This document shows, piece after piece, positions 40,949-50,931 of a DNA stretch of 64,000 nucleotides (positions are counted from its first letter, which is position 1; every line of letters starts with the position of its first letter). The stretch comes from Lingula anatina (Eukaryota; Animalia; Brachiopoda), in assembly GCA_051362555.1 (NCBI GenBank), contig CM120642.1, positions 23,126,001-23,190,000 of the forward strand, read 5' to 3'. Under the pieces are notes generated by a model. It made no database searches. It saw only the letters and a program-made list of their open reading frames with translations, and had not been told where the DNA came from. Made by a program: the position numbers and the translations under genes.

Positions 40949-43900
40949 TACACACACACACACACACGCACACACACACACACACAAACTAACTTCTTCT
41001 GAGTGCACCCATTCACGACAGCGGACTAACTAGTCCCTGGACCAAATATGGCCGACCCACTTTAATACTTCTTGAGTAGTCCCCGCGGGGAATCTGTTCA
41101 GTATATATTAGGGGTTAGACGGCAAGCTATTTAGTGGGTCGCCATATATAATCTGCTGACTAGTTACTCGCATTCACAACAGATTATCCGCGGACTAGCT
41201 GATCCGCGGACTAAATATTATAAGCAAATCGCCTTATTCCTTGATGCCCCCCCCCCCCCCCCCCCCCCGGCTCCACACGTGCCTCCCCTGTAGGGGTCAA
41301 GCAATTAATCCTCGAAGCCTCAATTTAATCCGTTTGGAGGTGGGGAGACCATTAATGGGTTAGGCGTTACTTTTAAGTGGGGTCGGCCATGTTTAGTCCG
41401 CGGATTAATAAGTTGGCGGACCATCTGTTCTGAATGCAGCCGAATAAACCGTAGATCGACAATCGTAGACGCACATGTATAAATATGAATTTATATGCGC
41501 ATTATTGTACGAGTAGTACATGTGCACATGTAAAACATTTCTGTCCATACATTCCATTATCTTTTTCTCACGTCGGCTTTACATCTAAAATTGCGGAAAG
41601 ACTGCATATGTAAATTAAGAAGTCAATGTTTAATTTAGTGACATGGGTAAAATGGACGAGAAGGGGTTCATATACTTTATGGGGCGCAAGTCTCAAACCA
41701 TGATGTACAATCACTATTCCGACAAAGTGTATCCTCAGCCCATTGAGGAAACCGCCACGAAACACCCTAAAGTCAAAGAGGCCGCTGTAAGTTTTTTCCT
41801 CTTTTGGAGATATTAATTATTTTATACTCACCAAACAATTCTCCAACTTCACATAATCTGACAGATCAAATAAAATTCGATTTTGTTTTATGTTTTTCAT
41901 ATCATTACTTTTCTTATTTATATATTTATTTTGTAGAATATGTACATGGATATTGTGCATGTACAGATTACATACATTTAACTATTCTCTATGCGGCTTT
42001 ATATAAAAAATCGGTATCGAAAAGAAATATCACTTTACATATAGTTCAGTACAGCATGAGTCCAGTATTGTTTTTTGCAGGTTGTCGGACTCCCAAATGG
42101 TGCATTTGGTGACACCATAATTCTTTGTGTGATGTAAGTCAATCTCATTACATTTCAGTTATGATACATCTTAAAGTGTCTTTGGTGTATGTAACATTGT
42201 TGCCTGTATGTCTCTTCTATCTTGTCTTGTTATAATTCAGGGCTACCCAACTACCAGACTCGGCACCGAATGATCCTAAATTTACAGGCAGATCTGACCA
42301 CACTACCAGTTTTCAAGGTGTGTGTGTCACTACACATTGCACAGTATCATACCCCGGAACAAATTTTGAGATGAGATGCACTACTTTCCAACTCCGCTGA
42401 GAATCATCACTATAACATCGCGTACTAGACAAGAGCTGTGTCGCGTCTGATATTTCCAAGTGCGTACTGACACACACCTTGAAAACGGGCAGTGTGGTCC
42501 GATCTACCGGTGAATTCAGGATCATTCGGTGCCGAGTCTGGTAGTTGGGTAGGCCTGTAATTGCTCTAGTTACATTGAAAATATATTTAGGAACTGTCTG
42601 AGAATGGAATAAAAACAGTGACACGGTGACACTTAAATATGATTTAAAGTTCACGGGAACACCACCTTTAAATGATCTTACACTGGAACATTTCCAATTG
42701 GAGCATTGAAATTGATATACCATGTGATGTGGCTGCTGTAACAGTTGTATGTCGCTGATGTAATTCCCTAAATATTAATTCAGTGTAAGGCCTTGCATGA
42801 TCATTTTTTTGTTTGTTTTAGCTTGGAACCGGGGACAACTTTGACAACTGACGAACTTTACGACTACTGTAAAAAGGAAGTAAGTTTTGCATTAACTTTA
42901 CGAATTATTATCTCGATTTGTTCAGGCTTTGGTACAATTTAAGATCATTGTGCAAATTTTATATGGAAAGTGAACATATAAATGCTGACCACGGACGAAA
43001 TATTGTTACATACACGACCTCAAACATACGGATAATTATCAACGAACATCACTCTCACATAAATAAATTAAAGCTATAATTGGTCAATTTGAATTATTTC
43101 CCCGAGACATATAATGTGTGAGAACTTTTTTCTTTGTTTGTTTCAGCTTCTAGCAAATTATATACCGGATGAGTTTTATATCTTTGACAAATTCATAAAA
43201 ATTGGCCCAAGGCACAAGGTAAGTAGCCCAGGGACCTGTTTCACAAAAAAATAAGTCAGCTTCACTGATTAAGAATTTGGTTACCAACGTTACACCGTGC
43301 CGTGCACACACCTTATCCTATCATGAAACAGTATTAGAGCACTTTTATAGAAATCCTAATCAACTAAGTCAGAGAATTGATTTAATTTTTTTTTGTTAAA
43401 CCAGGGTCAGGTTTCAGGTTGCGAAAATTATGAATATCCATTCATACTCGCTTCCGGCAAAATTGAAATTCAGTGGTGCATATACCTGATTGAAGCTAAC
43501 TTCACCAGTCTAACTTCACCAGTGTTTCTCGTGTCTACTACGGGCTCGATATGATCACTGTTCAACCGATAAACCCAATTTTTCACACCTGATCATGACG
43601 TGAATTTAGGCCTAATGTAAACATACTTGTAGCCTGTAGCCTCTTATGCCCCTATTGTGAAAAAAATGTGAAAAAAAAACGTATGTTAAAATGTTTACGA
43701 TTTCAATGTACGGCGCTCGTGGCAAATGTAATCTAGGCTTATCTACGTCACATACCTTGCCCAGGGTAAGGCCACACTTTTTTATTTTTATGGATGACAT
43801 CCTGCGCGCGCACCGATTTTCGTCCGTTCTACCCCCCCCCCCCAAAAAAAAAATCCCCCCCCCCCCCCCCCCCCCCCCAAGGAAGTCGGTTGTCGCAAAC

Positions 43901-46830
43901 GTCGTTATTGAATTTGCCGGAAAATGCAATCGGCAATCCTCGGCTAATTCCGCAAGCTCCATACTGTCATTGTCGACTGCGGAGACATCCGAGTAGTTCC
44001 AAGTGCGGAAAATGAGCTTTCTGCGCATGCGTATTATCACCACGTGGAAATATGGCCGCTTTGCCGTCAAATTCATCTCTAGCATTAATTTCAAAATACA
44101 CAACAATTAAAGTCATAAAGAGAACGGGGGGCGTCGTTTTGGATTGGTTTGCCATTGATATTGGACATGGAGATATCACATTTTTACAATTATACGAAAG
44201 GCTGGCCGCGGCCAGCGATCATCGCCCGGAAAATTTCAGTGACATTGTGTCCAAAGCAGCACATACCAGGTTTTTTTGTAGCGAAAAAGGGTCGACAAGA
44301 GCGTCGTGGTATTTGGTGGATTGAAGGTCGGACAGGCCACCCGATAGTTGGCTGCTACGTGTGAGTCGAAGTAGACAAAATGGCATCGTGCGAAATTACC
44401 TTTTTTAGATTTGGTAGTAGGAAGCATAGGCCTATCTTTGCTTCATTTTTTAACAATTCTGTGAAGTGTTCACAATGATTTAATTTTCTGAGAGTACAAA
44501 TAAAGACACGCTGTTTATTTGATATTTGTTTTATTGATTGCTATACCAACAGAATGCATGAAATAACCTTAAATAGATTTGGTAATATGCAGCATATATA
44601 TTCATGACTTTTTACCTTTCTACGAAGTAGGCCCTATTCACAATGCTTTAAGGGGTCAAGGATATTAAAAATAAACTCGATTTTTAGTTTTTTATACGTT
44701 AGAAATAATCAATATTGTATCTAATACTCAATTAAGTTATATTTTTGCAACACGGCCTAAAAATATACATTTGGACGAGTTTTTCTACCTGTCCGTGGCA
44801 GCCTTTAGGCTCGGCCTCCGTTGTCAAGCACCGTTACTATGGGGGGCGGGGCAAGAATGGCTGTCTAACTTGTCTTAAGCTGTTACGCGTGCACTGGCAG
44901 CTCATAAGTCTTACGTCAGCTAAACTGAGATTATATCGTTTCCATTACATTGTTAACAATATATTAAATTTTCTCCCTCAGTGTCTCAATCACGTTACGT
45001 CAAGATCACACTTGAGCTGCTGAGAATTCTTCAACGTCTGGGGTTGTCAGAAAAAAAATCGTTAGGCAATCATTTTATTCACAATAAAAATCGTAACAGC
45101 AAGCAAGTTTATAAATAATATTGCCACCCAAAACATTTTCAAACTCGCATATTACGGTCTTGGCACTCTGTGGCATCGTGGCTAATACGTACCCACATTC
45201 GGCCATTTCTCGGAGTAATTCTTTCTTTGCTTTCTCCATTTTCGCGTCTTGGTGTGTAGAGCGGCGTCCACGCACGACGGGTGGCATTGTCCTCTGCTTG
45301 CACCTCAAATAATTTTCTTTTTGTTTGTTAGCGCTTCCTTTGACACTTCCTAGACAGTACACAGACTCCTACTGCGTCAAGCACAATTATAATTAAATTA
45401 CGTCAGTGAAACGAGAGTCGGTAGGCCTACTCAGCTGTCAATCATTTCTCAGGGAAGAGCGGCTTTCGTGGTGCGAATAAGTTTGCGTACAAAAGTAAGA
45501 TTTTCTGGCATCTAGATAGAAACAAACAACCCAATTTTAACACGTAATGGTGTATAGACCTTCCCGATCAATAAGATGATAACAGGTAAGGTGGAGGTGC
45601 AATTAGTTTGCTAAATTAGCCCAATTACCTGAGCCAAATGGTTTATGAGCGATTTCTCAGCTTTGAAGATTGATAACATAGTCTAAACTTCAATCCCCAT
45701 ATCTCATTCTTTTCCTGTCAGATTGGCATGAAATTTGATGTGTCTGTGCTTCAGTATAATATCTAGTCGACTGCGTCTTGGGTTTTTGATTGACCTTTTA
45801 TTTTTGAAGTTATTAATACTGAAAGTGGAAGGTCCATATATATTTCGTAAAATTCACGTTTTATCAAAATAAAATCAAAAGTAAAAATAATAAGAGAAAA
45901 TCCTGACAGAGTTTACTGGTTTTTGTGCTAACCTTTAGATAGCTATTTCAATCGTATTTAAAGGCCTTTTTGTTTAAGAAAAAATCTTGATTAAAATAAT
46001 GACAATTTTAGCCCCAAAACGCTGATATTACGTCACTCGTGTTACACTGTGACTACAAACTTTGGAAAATTGTTTTGCTTGCTAGACCATATCCTTTAGT
46101 TAAGAGGAAATTTATTTAACTGCATTAGTTTTGGACTTTTTCGTTAATATCCTAGACCCCTTAATATTTTGAGAGCATGGATAAAGACATGTTGTTAGTT
46201 TGATACGTGTTTCTGTGGTAAATTAGTGTTTCCAGCTGTGTACTGAAAACATAACTTTTCTTAAGCAGTTTTTTTTTTTTGGACTGTTTTTTTTTCGCCC
46301 GCTCGCACCGATTTTGGGGTCCCCAGAGGATGTCATCCATAAAAATAAAAACGTGTGGCCTAACCATCTGTGACTGGTGCATCATATTCTTATTAATGAT
46401 CTTCAAATATGATAAACATGCCCACATGAGGGTTTGAAAATGAAGGAGCTGGCTCCCATAGACTCTGTAGCTTAGAGACAAGCAGTAGTTTTAAACAACC
46501 ACTGTACCTAACCATGGACGGATGTATATTTCGTCCATAAGCTAACGCAGTTTCACCTCTCATTGGGAACTCTCGCTGAATGCAAACAGATTAACAGTAT
46601 GGCACGCCTCCCTGTACAGTTAGTGGGTGACTAAATTTCGCGTGCTGCTCGAAGAGGATTCACTCATTCTTGCATTCTTTCTTGCATTCAGCGAGAGTTC
46701 CGGGGGAGTTGGAACAATCTTTCAACTTAAAAAATGTTTGTTTTTTTTTTTTTTGTTGTTTTAGGTAGATAAAAAGCAGCTTCTTGAGGACGTGAAGCAG
46801 ATGAAAGCTGAAACATCCGAGGCAGCATGA
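31536..46830 (+). CDS. ACSF2: ACSF2-like acyl-CoA synthetase / ANL adenylate-forming enzyme, copy 1 (~630 aa, ~19 exons)
   Basis: Exons 31536/31548-31577 and 31770-31870 (both tentative; alternative ATG at 31827), then 33301-33484, 33761-33895, 34439-34492, 35402-35517, 36180-36227, 36809-36920, 37466-37561, 38248-38450, 38842-38936, 39436-39506, 39943-40050, 40684-40832, 41639-41786, 42081-42133, 42822-42879, 43147-43218 and 46765-46830, all in phase. Motifs: SYIH..TIG, LGCAKGDRV, FCTTGSTGSPK (P-loop), GEIYVRS, GWYKTGDMG..DEKGF.YFMGR, VVGLP...G. Confidence 0.88.
33910..34180. mobile_element. Family-A-related MITE in an ACSF2 intron
   Basis: GTTCCCATAACC...GGATCGATC...GGATCGATCC...GGTTATGGGAA inverted ends. 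Confidence 0.55.
34688..34931. mobile_element. Family A MITE
   Basis: TTA|GGGACCATTCCCACAG...GATCGATCTAGGCATGGAAACCCAGTC|TTA. Confidence 0.65.
36952..37168. mobile_element. Family-A-related MITE
   Basis: Shared core AAATGTCTGTCACGCC and GATAGATCGATC; inverted ends. Confidence 0.55.
37968..38188. mobile_element. MITE with CCCCTTTGCACTGGACGGCG termini
   Basis: Inverted end CGCCGTCCAGTATAAAGGGG. Half-copies at ~30420-30455 and ~51200-51232. Confidence 0.6.
40907..40985. repeat. Compound (CT)n(CA)n microsatellite
   Basis: Directly visible. Confidence 0.95.
41005..41441. mobile_element. Two adjacent or nested family B MITEs
   Basis: CATTCACGACAGCGGACTAAC... and GCATTCACAACAG...TTCTGAATGCAGCC with the family B core. 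Confidence 0.6.
42238..42557. mobile_element. 320-bp MITE with ~95-bp TIRs and a TAATT duplication
   Basis: TAATT|CAGGGCTACCCAACTACCAGACTCGGCACCGAATGATCC...GGATCATTCGGTGCCGAGTCTGGTAGTTGGGTAGGCCTG|TAATT. Confidence 0.85.
43770..46360 (+). mobile_element. Non-autonomous DNA transposon with ~33-bp TIRs and TAA TSD (Harbinger-type target) in the last ACSF2 intron
   Basis: TAA|GGCCACACTTTTTTATTTTTATGGATGACATCCT...AGGATGTCATCCATAAAAATAAAAACGTGTGGCC|TAA. Carries a truncated 90-aa ORF at 44052-44324. Confidence 0.85.
44652..46160. mobile_element. Kolobok-like non-autonomous transposon (TTAA TSD) nested in the element above
   Basis: TTAA|GGGGTCAAGGATATTAA...TTAATATCCTAGACCCC|TTAA: 17-bp TIR with 1 mismatch and RR...YY ends. 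Confidence 0.8.
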
Positions 46831-47261
46831 GGTCCATGACAAATGAAGATAATTTTTAAATCAATGTGATAAAAAGATTTTTCTCAATATCAAACACTAG
46901 CTTCTTTGGTCTGACATGTACTCTATTCATTGCAACGTGTACATTCAAGGACACTAGACCTGACCGGATGCATTTTTTACAATAATGCTTCTTATGTCAC
47001 TTTTTAATAAGTTATTTTATTATACGATGAGTGACGCACCTTTCAGTGGAGCTAATTTTCACAGTAGGCAATTGTTGATTCACAAATTTTAATGAGGTTA
47101 AAGATTGGTTCTAATATTTTTAAATGACAATTTTAACTCAATTAAATTAAATTAAACTGAACTAGTTTATTCAATTTTAAAATAAATAGGTATTCTTGAT
47201 GTTTGACTGTGTTCAAATTACTGTTTTTCTTTTTATCAAGAGCTTGTAAAATATGTGGGTA

Positions 47262-47309
47262 TTACCTCCAATATTTCTGTGACTGTCAGTCACCATCATC
47301 AGGGAGTAA
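47262..47309 (-). ncRNA. Minimal type I hammerhead ribozyme in the Penelope pseudo-LTR
   Basis: Minus strand reads UUACUCC-CUGAUGA-UG-GUGACUG-A-CAGUCAC-A-GAAA-UAUU-GGAGGUAA. Core boxes CUGAUGA and GAAA are present, with a palindromic stem II, a vestigial palindromic stem III (AAUAUU) and stem I UUACUCC/GGAG(G)UAA. Minimal HHRs are an established feature of PLE pLTRs. Confidence 0.75.
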
Positions 47310-47360
47310 ATGACTAGGGTCATTTCACCTGGAATGAAAATCCAGGTCAATTGCCCCTAA

Positions 47361-49892
47361 TCACTGGCCTTGTGTTGTAACTGTTACTTGCTCCCCCCGG
47401 GGCTCCTCTGCATCCCTCTGGAGCACCGTGAGGTAGATAGCTGGTAAATCATACCCCCCCTGTCTGTTCAGGTCTGGTTGTTTGGTCCTGATGTGTACAG
47501 CTTCTGCTATTTTTCTTTGGAATGTCCAGTTTTCCCTGTCTATCACTTTCAGGCTGTCAAAGTCTATGTGGTGACCTGGATGTTTGCAGGTATGTTCTCC
47601 AAGGGCTGATTTCCAGTTGTTTTTGGCCACTGAGTCTTTGTGTTCTTTTATTCTTGTGGCTAATGGTCTTCCTGTCTCGCCAATGTATTCTCCTTGGCAG
47701 GTTCCACATTTGACTGAATATATCACACCACATTGCTCTCCTTGGGTTAGAGGATCCTTGGGCTTCACTAGTGCTTGTCTCAGCGTCCAACCTGGCTTAT
47801 GGTGGAGTTTGATGTTATATTTTTTATAAACCCGGCTTAGTTTTTCTGACAGACCTTGGCAGTATGGCAACACTATACTTTGCTTTGCACCCTCAATGAG
47901 GCCCATTGCATCCTTTTCTTTGTCATGTCTGTTCTTGCCTCTTTTTTCCCCTTGTTTTAGTGCCCATTTTGGATATCCACATGCTAACAGGTCTTTTTCA
48001 ATCTTCTTCCTTTCTGTTTGTTTGTCTTCTGTATCGGATATCACGGTCTCACATCGGTGGAAAAGTGAAGCTGGTACACTAAGTTTTTGCGAGGTTGGAT
48101 GATGAGACGACCACTGTAAGTAGTGATCTGTGTTCGTGGCTTTCCTGTACACTGTGGTTTTAATCCGTTCTTTGTCTTTGGTCATCTTTACATCTAGCAT
48201 TGGCAGAGAACCTTCTACATTTTCTTCTTCTTTTGTGAAGTGTATGCTTTGGTGTTGTGCATTAATGTGTTCAAACAGTGCCTGCACATGCGTCTTCTTG
48301 GATACGACTCCTGTGTCATCAACATATCTTCCCCAGAAATTAGGTGGGTTGGGTGTTGTTTGGAGTGCTTTCATTTCAAATTCTTCCATGAAGATATTAG
48401 CTATGACTGGTGACAGGGGGGAACCCATTGCTGCTCCATAGGTCTGTTGGTAAAATTTTCCTTCGTACTGAAAGTAGGTGGTGTCCAAGGTCATAGCTAG
48501 TAGTTCGCCCATGTCTTCAGGTGTTAATGCTGTTCTACTTGCCCAGGTGGTGTCTTTTTGGCATCTGTTCACGCACATTCCTACTACTTCATCACACGGG
48601 ACGCTGGTGAACAAGGCGGAAACGTCAAAAGATACAAGTGTGTCATCCTTTTCAAGTGTTATACCTCTCAGCAGCTTAACGAGGTGTTGTGAGTTCTGTA
48701 TATGGTATTTTGTTTTTCCGACTAGAGGCTTCAATAATTTTGCTAGGTGTTTTGCTAATTCATATGTAATAGAGTTTATCCCGGATACTATTGGTCTGAC
48801 AGGATTGTCCTTTTTGTGTATTTTTGGAGTGGCGTAGAACCGGGGGGTCACTTCTGCTGTAGGGTATATCTTCTGGTATGTGGCATCATCAATCCTATTC
48901 TCTTTTCTGATGTTCTTCAACTTGTTGATAAGTCTTGTTTTCAGCTTCTGTGTTGGGTCTTTTGCTAATTGTTTGTATGTTGTTTCGTCCTTCAACAGGT
49001 TGTTGCATTTTTCTTCATATTCATTCCTATCCATAGTAACCACTGCTTTCCCTTTATCTGCTGGTATTATAATGATGTCCTTATTATTCTTGAGGGACTT
49101 TATGGCGTTTCTTTCCCCTTTGGTCAAATTTGGTTTGGGTGGGTTACTGGATCTCAACGTTCCTACTACTTCATGTCTCAATTTAGCTGCTTGTTCTATA
49201 TTCAATTTTTGACATGCCACTTCAGTCTGTATGATGACATCTCTCACAGGTAATTTGCTTGGTGCTATAGCATAATTGAGCCCTTTAGCCATTAGCTTCA
49301 TTTCATCTTCAGTAGGTTGATAATTAGATAACACCATGACCCACTTTTTCAGCTGTGTTCCTGTTAGGTCAACTTCAGTTACAGTGTTTGATTTTTCTAT
49401 ATGTTTGTTAGTCAACTTGTTGAGTTTATTTATTTGTGTCTTTTTAGACCTCTGAAATTCCTTTTCACCCACTTTGTCCACCATGTCACATGTAATGTCA
49501 TATATGTTTTTGTCATCTTTAAGTCTTTCTTTCACTTTCTCTGCCTGCACATTCTTATCCTTTTTCAGCTCTATTATTCTCTGGTTGGTGATGTTGATTC
49601 TTTCCCTCAGGAGAGCTCTTTCTGCTTTTTTGATGATATTTTTGGCTCTTTCTGTTTTTACTGTACATTTTAACCTCAGGCTTGTTGGTGTTACATCCAA
49701 GTCCTTGCATCTCAGGTTGAATCTGATATGATTTCTATGTCTAGCTAGCTGGGCAGATGTTTTTTCCCATTTTCGCAGTTCCAACACAGTTTCCTGGCCA
49801 TATTTTTCTCGTAAATGGGAGTGACTGTCAGTCACCATCATCAGGGAGTAAATGACTAGGGTCATTTCACCTGGAATGAAAATCCAGGTCAA
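47361..49892 (-). CDS. Penelope reverse transcriptase - GIY-YIG endonuclease ORF (~830-843 aa, uninterrupted)
   Basis: Motifs PADKG, PRFYATPKIHK, RPIVS, SFDVSALFT, GAAMGSPLSP, RYVDD, VYRKAT, then GVIYSVKCGTCQGEYIGETGR..TRIKEH and EAVHI..LNRQGG. The first ATGs lie inside the 5' pLTR. Confidence 0.97.
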   Translation of the reverse strand: MTWIFIPGEMTLVIYSLMMVTDSHSHLREKYGQETVLELRKWEKTSAQLARHRNHIRFNLRCKDLDVTPTSLRLKCTVKTERAKNIIKKAERALLRERINITNQRIIELKKDKNVQAEKVKERLKDDKNIYDITCDMVDKVGEKEFQRSKKTQINKLNKLTNKHIEKSNTVTEVDLTGTQLKKWVMVLSNYQPTEDEMKLMAKGLNYAIAPSKLPVRDVIIQTEVACQKLNIEQAAKLRHEVVGTLRSSNPPKPNLTKGERNAIKSLKNNKDIIIIPADKGKAVVTMDRNEYEEKCNNLLKDETTYKQLAKDPTQKLKTRLINKLKNIRKENRIDDATYQKIYPTAEVTPRFYATPKIHKKDNPVRPIVSGINSITYELAKHLAKLLKPLVGKTKYHIQNSQHLVKLLRGITLEKDDTLVSFDVSALFTSVPCDEVVGMCVNRCQKDTTWASRTALTPEDMGELLAMTLDTTYFQYEGKFYQQTYGAAMGSPLSPVIANIFMEEFEMKALQTTPNPPNFWGRYVDDTGVVSKKTHVQALFEHINAQHQSIHFTKEEENVEGSLPMLDVKMTKDKERIKTTVYRKATNTDHYLQWSSHHPTSQKLSVPASLFHRCETVISDTEDKQTERKKIEKDLLACGYPKWALKQGEKRGKNRHDKEKDAMGLIEGAKQSIVLPYCQGLSEKLSRVYKKYNIKLHHKPGWTLRQALVKPKDPLTQGEQCGVIYSVKCGTCQGEYIGETGRPLATRIKEHKDSVAKNNWKSALGEHTCKHPGHHIDFDSLKVIDRENWTFQRKIAEAVHIRTKQPDLNRQGGYDLPAIYLTVLQRDAEEPRGEQVTVTTQGQ

Positions 49893-50231
49893 TTGCCCCT
49901 AATCACTGGCCTTGTACGTGTTGTACTGTAACTGTTACTTGCTCCCCCCGGGGCTCCTCTGCATCCCTCTGCAGAAATATTGGAGGTAATACCCACATAT
50001 TTTACAAGCTCTTGATAAAAAGAAAAACAGTAATTTGAATTTATACATACAGAGCTAATGAAACTGTTCTCTCACTTTGACTGCGTTGTTTAAAATATCA
50101 GTCGTGTTAAGCTGGGAGCATTGCAATGCTAGTACATTCTAAGTAAATGATAATAATAATAATAAAAAGTTACATTTGTGACGAGCCGGGGCTTGCCCAC
50201 TAGTTTATTTCTTCAGGTTTGGTGATAAGAC

Positions 50232-50490
50232 AAATAGATACAATACGAGTCGCCGAGCTGTACGTGAAATATTACGAGTGTATTGGCGAGCCGCAGGCGA
50301 GACAATACACGAGTAATTTTCACGTACAGCTCGGCGACGAGTGTTGTATCTGGCTTAAACCACGGCCTCTGATTGGCTACTACACTAGTAGTGCAACAGA
50401 CCGTGGAACGCACGCATACATGACGTGCTTGTATGTCGAATACAGCACAGCCGAGTCTTTTGTTCTACGCGCTAGCCGTGTATCACTTAT
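50232..50490. mobile_element. ~255-bp copy-2-specific segment with an internal hairpin (possibly Crypton-type non-autonomous)
   Basis: Absent at the homologous site in copy 1 (~29208). Hairpin GTCGCCGAGCTGTACGTGAAA...TTTCACGTACAGCTCGGCGAC. Confidence 0.5.
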
Positions 50491-50637
50491 TTGTGGGAAC
50501 GTTTACGATTATCTCGCAATATAGCTGCAATTGTGTAAGTCAATTTTTAATTAATTTTGTATTTATTTATATATCAGACTTACATGAACTAGTATAAGAG
50601 ACTTACATTATTAAGTTTTTTATATAGCATTTACTTA

Positions 50638-50931
50638 GATCGCATTCACAACGAGTTGAGCCAGGCTTTACAAACCCTGGGGACTAAATATGGCGGACGA
50701 CGACGTACATGAAAGAAAAACCGCCTAATCTTTTAATAGTCTCTCCGCCTCTCACACGCCTCCCCATGTGTCGTCCCTATGGAGCCGAGATTTAATGACT
50801 GTCCCCCCGCAGGGACATCGTGTGGGGAGGCGTGTGAGAGGCGGAGAGACTATTAAAAGATTAGGCGGTTTTTCTTTCATGTACGACCGCCATATTTAGT
50901 CCCCAGGATTTGTAAAGCCTGGCTCAACTCG
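50638..50931. mobile_element. Near-perfect palindromic family-B-related MITE
   Basis: ~115-bp arms CGAGTTGAGCCAGGCTTTACAAA...CACACGCCTCCCCA / TGGGGAGGCGTGTG...TTTGTAAAGCCTGGCTCAACTCG. Confidence 0.8.

Larger units (their letters stand above)
47212..50075 (-). mobile_element. Penelope-like retrotransposon with direct pseudo-LTRs and an inverted terminal segment
   Basis: Direct repeats 47279-47420 / 49821-49971 and a perfect 68-bp inverted repeat 47212-47279 / 49972-50039. Candidate 10-bp TSD TTTGACTG(T/C)G at 47202-47211 and 50076-50085. Confidence 0.92.

Noticed and set aside
47522-49731. Many + strand ORFs inside Penelope (likewise inside BEL, 59761-63291)
   Set aside because: Antisense shadows of long coding frames.
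49821-49850. Second complete hammerhead in the 5' pLTR
   Set aside because: The GAAA box and the stem I 3' strand are missing in cis; they occur only in inverted orientation at 49972 onward.
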